Below, one piece after another: positions 62,149 to 64,000 of a DNA stretch of 64,000 bases (position 1 is the first letter of the stretch; the number at the start of each line of letters is the position of its first letter). A program made the position numbers and the translations under genes. Origin of the DNA: Laetmonice hystrix (taxonomy: Eukaryota); the NCBI GenBank assembly GCA_965235115.1, contig OZ249436.1:46190001-46254000 (forward strand). Reading direction: 5' to 3'. The notes beneath the pieces were generated by a model that did no database searches, was not told where the DNA came from, and saw only the letters and a list, made by a program, of their open reading frames with translations.

Positions 62149-64000
62149 TGCCTTTCCATCAATACCCGGGTTCGTTTCCCTTTCACTTCCGCGGAGGATG
62201 CTCCCTTACCGTCTGAATGAGGACTGGGAAGTATCCGCTAGGGAATGGGAACAAAAACATGCGGTATTCATAACAACTTTAGATACTGCAATAATACTAT
62301 TAATAGTAGATCTTCATGTTAGAGATGACATCTGGCTCCAACAGAGAAAAGTAGACCACCAGTCCAAGAATCCCAGACTTTATACAAACTGTGATTAACC
62401 AAGAAAGCTAGGCTCGAATGTCTGGTAAAATACTTTAAGCTCAATACGTGAGAGACCTCCCAGCAGTGTGTATAAAGTACACACTAATTCAAGCTGAATA
62501 GCCAAGCCTAGTACCAAACGGATCCTCACCCCTCACCCCATCCCCATCTCATGATGATGGTGGGAATATTTTAACAACCGCCAGCGCCGATGTTATAATG
62601 ATTTTGCCGCTAACTGTATTGGTTTAACCATCGTGGATTTAAGAGAATGCATCCAACCCGTTGCCTGGAGCAGTGTGCCCGGCTTGCTGCTACGATAAGC
62701 TCCGATAGCAACGGCTTGAAAAACGCCGAGCTTCGTTGTGATTTGATGGGCGTAGCGTGACCAAACAGAAGCAGGCCAGCTGTACATTTTGACTCCATCC
62801 CAGAAGTTTTTATAGACGTCCTTTTTTCAAGTATGATTCAGTTTCCTGTTGTGGCTTCGGTTTATCAGCTGACGGCAGTGAGGTCCCTTTCCTGGTTGTA
62901 GCTCTTTTATGGACCCCAGTGGAGGCCTTGCTGGAGCCGACACACAGGAGCCCCACGCAAGCTGTCTCCGAGACATTATAAACAGCCAAGATGTTACTGT
63001 GCCGAGCAGCTGGATGATAGCGCAGGTTCTGACAATATTTGTTACCCATGAATACTGTAATGGCGCGATATCGAGGGACAATCAATCCTGAAAACAGCTG
63101 ACATTCGATGGTTTCTCTCTTAAATAATAAATGTAAAGGATTAAAGAATCTATCATGTTCGTCTGATTCAGTGGTAAAACTTTAATGTGCTGTTAGGATA
63201 GACCCATTCTTTGGTTTGTCTTTCAAACTGAGAATGAATTTGTCTTTTTATGTGATTTAAACTCTTGTTTGTGTTGTTGCTACATTTTACGTTCTACTTC
63301 GGGGTTCTAATGCTAGAACCCTAAGGGATACTCCTGATTATTTTTGTGTAGGACTACTTGTAAAAGGGTATCTCTACTGATTTGAAACGAGATAAAAACA
63401 ACCAATTATCAAGATTTTATCGGCGAAGTTTTACACCAATGTTTAAATATGGCCGTTGTGCCACCTCAAACGTTCGCCCGCGTTATGATACAACGGGAGT
63501 TCCTCATGGCAGGAAATCCACGAGTGAGTTATGGGTGACAGCGCCACAAAGAATTCCGGCGAATTTACAATAAATGGCCAGAGGTTTGTTACCAATTAGC
63601 CTCAGCCAGTCGTCTTACTGCCCGTGTTTTCTTGTATAATTTTCCGGTGTACATATGTATAAAGAATGGCCCACAGTGAGACGTGTAACGGTTCATGCTG
63701 ATATTCCTTGTCAGTAAAGTATGAAACTATCCTGAAGCGTTAGTCAAATACTAAATCATCATCTACTCTCCGTTTTTTATAGTTTTTGCCACGGGCGTTG
63801 GCCATGACAGAAGTCTCCCTCAGTTAGTGAAGTAAGTACACCAAGTCATTTCTTCTAGTGCTACATTTAAACTATACCCTTCAGCTTTTTGGTCCAGTGG
63901 CATGCTGCAAATGAAAATTGGCAGAAGGTTCATACAGTCCACATGGACAACTGGAGGCCATCCTTGCTGTGAACAAGTATGTAAAGTGAAGTTAATAACA

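Noticed and set aside
62593-63091. Overlapping minus-strand ORFs as an exon (one with a hydrophobic segment)
   Set aside because: There are several competing frames, no recognisable family, and the hydrophobic frame is closed by a stop right after the only good acceptor.

Overview
This is eukaryotic (metazoan, most likely invertebrate; taxon inferred, not proven) genomic DNA with one 226-N scaffold gap (50128-50353). It is not prokaryotic: I see no operons, CRISPR arrays or rRNA, and no intact tRNA. About one fifth of the window is tandem repeat, with units of 12-138 bp plus a 634-bp x4 array. Nearly all long ORFs in the supplied track are artefacts of these repeats. The rest is mostly non-autonomous DNA-transposon debris, some of it well defined by terminal inverted repeats (TIRs) and target-site duplications (TSDs). 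Three insertions have CTG TSDs and GG-starting TIRs (PIF/Harbinger-like), including a ~5-kb nested composite at 22337-27324. Two have TACG(G/A)AAGCCC termini and 6-bp TSDs (IS3EU-like). Two tRNA-like Pol III cassettes sit inside DNA elements. No protein-coding gene can be named. The best gene evidence is a promoter-like motif cluster plus a short ATG-GT first exon on the minus strand at 28052-28373, several orphan exon-like segments, and a stop-interrupted 177-codon frame at 48589-49119. I found no well-supported novel biological system. The best leads are the nested transposon composite, the IS3EU-like pair, and a CACTGA hexamer shared by five otherwise unrelated minisatellites. All coordinates and alignments were read by eye, so boundaries may be off by a few bases.
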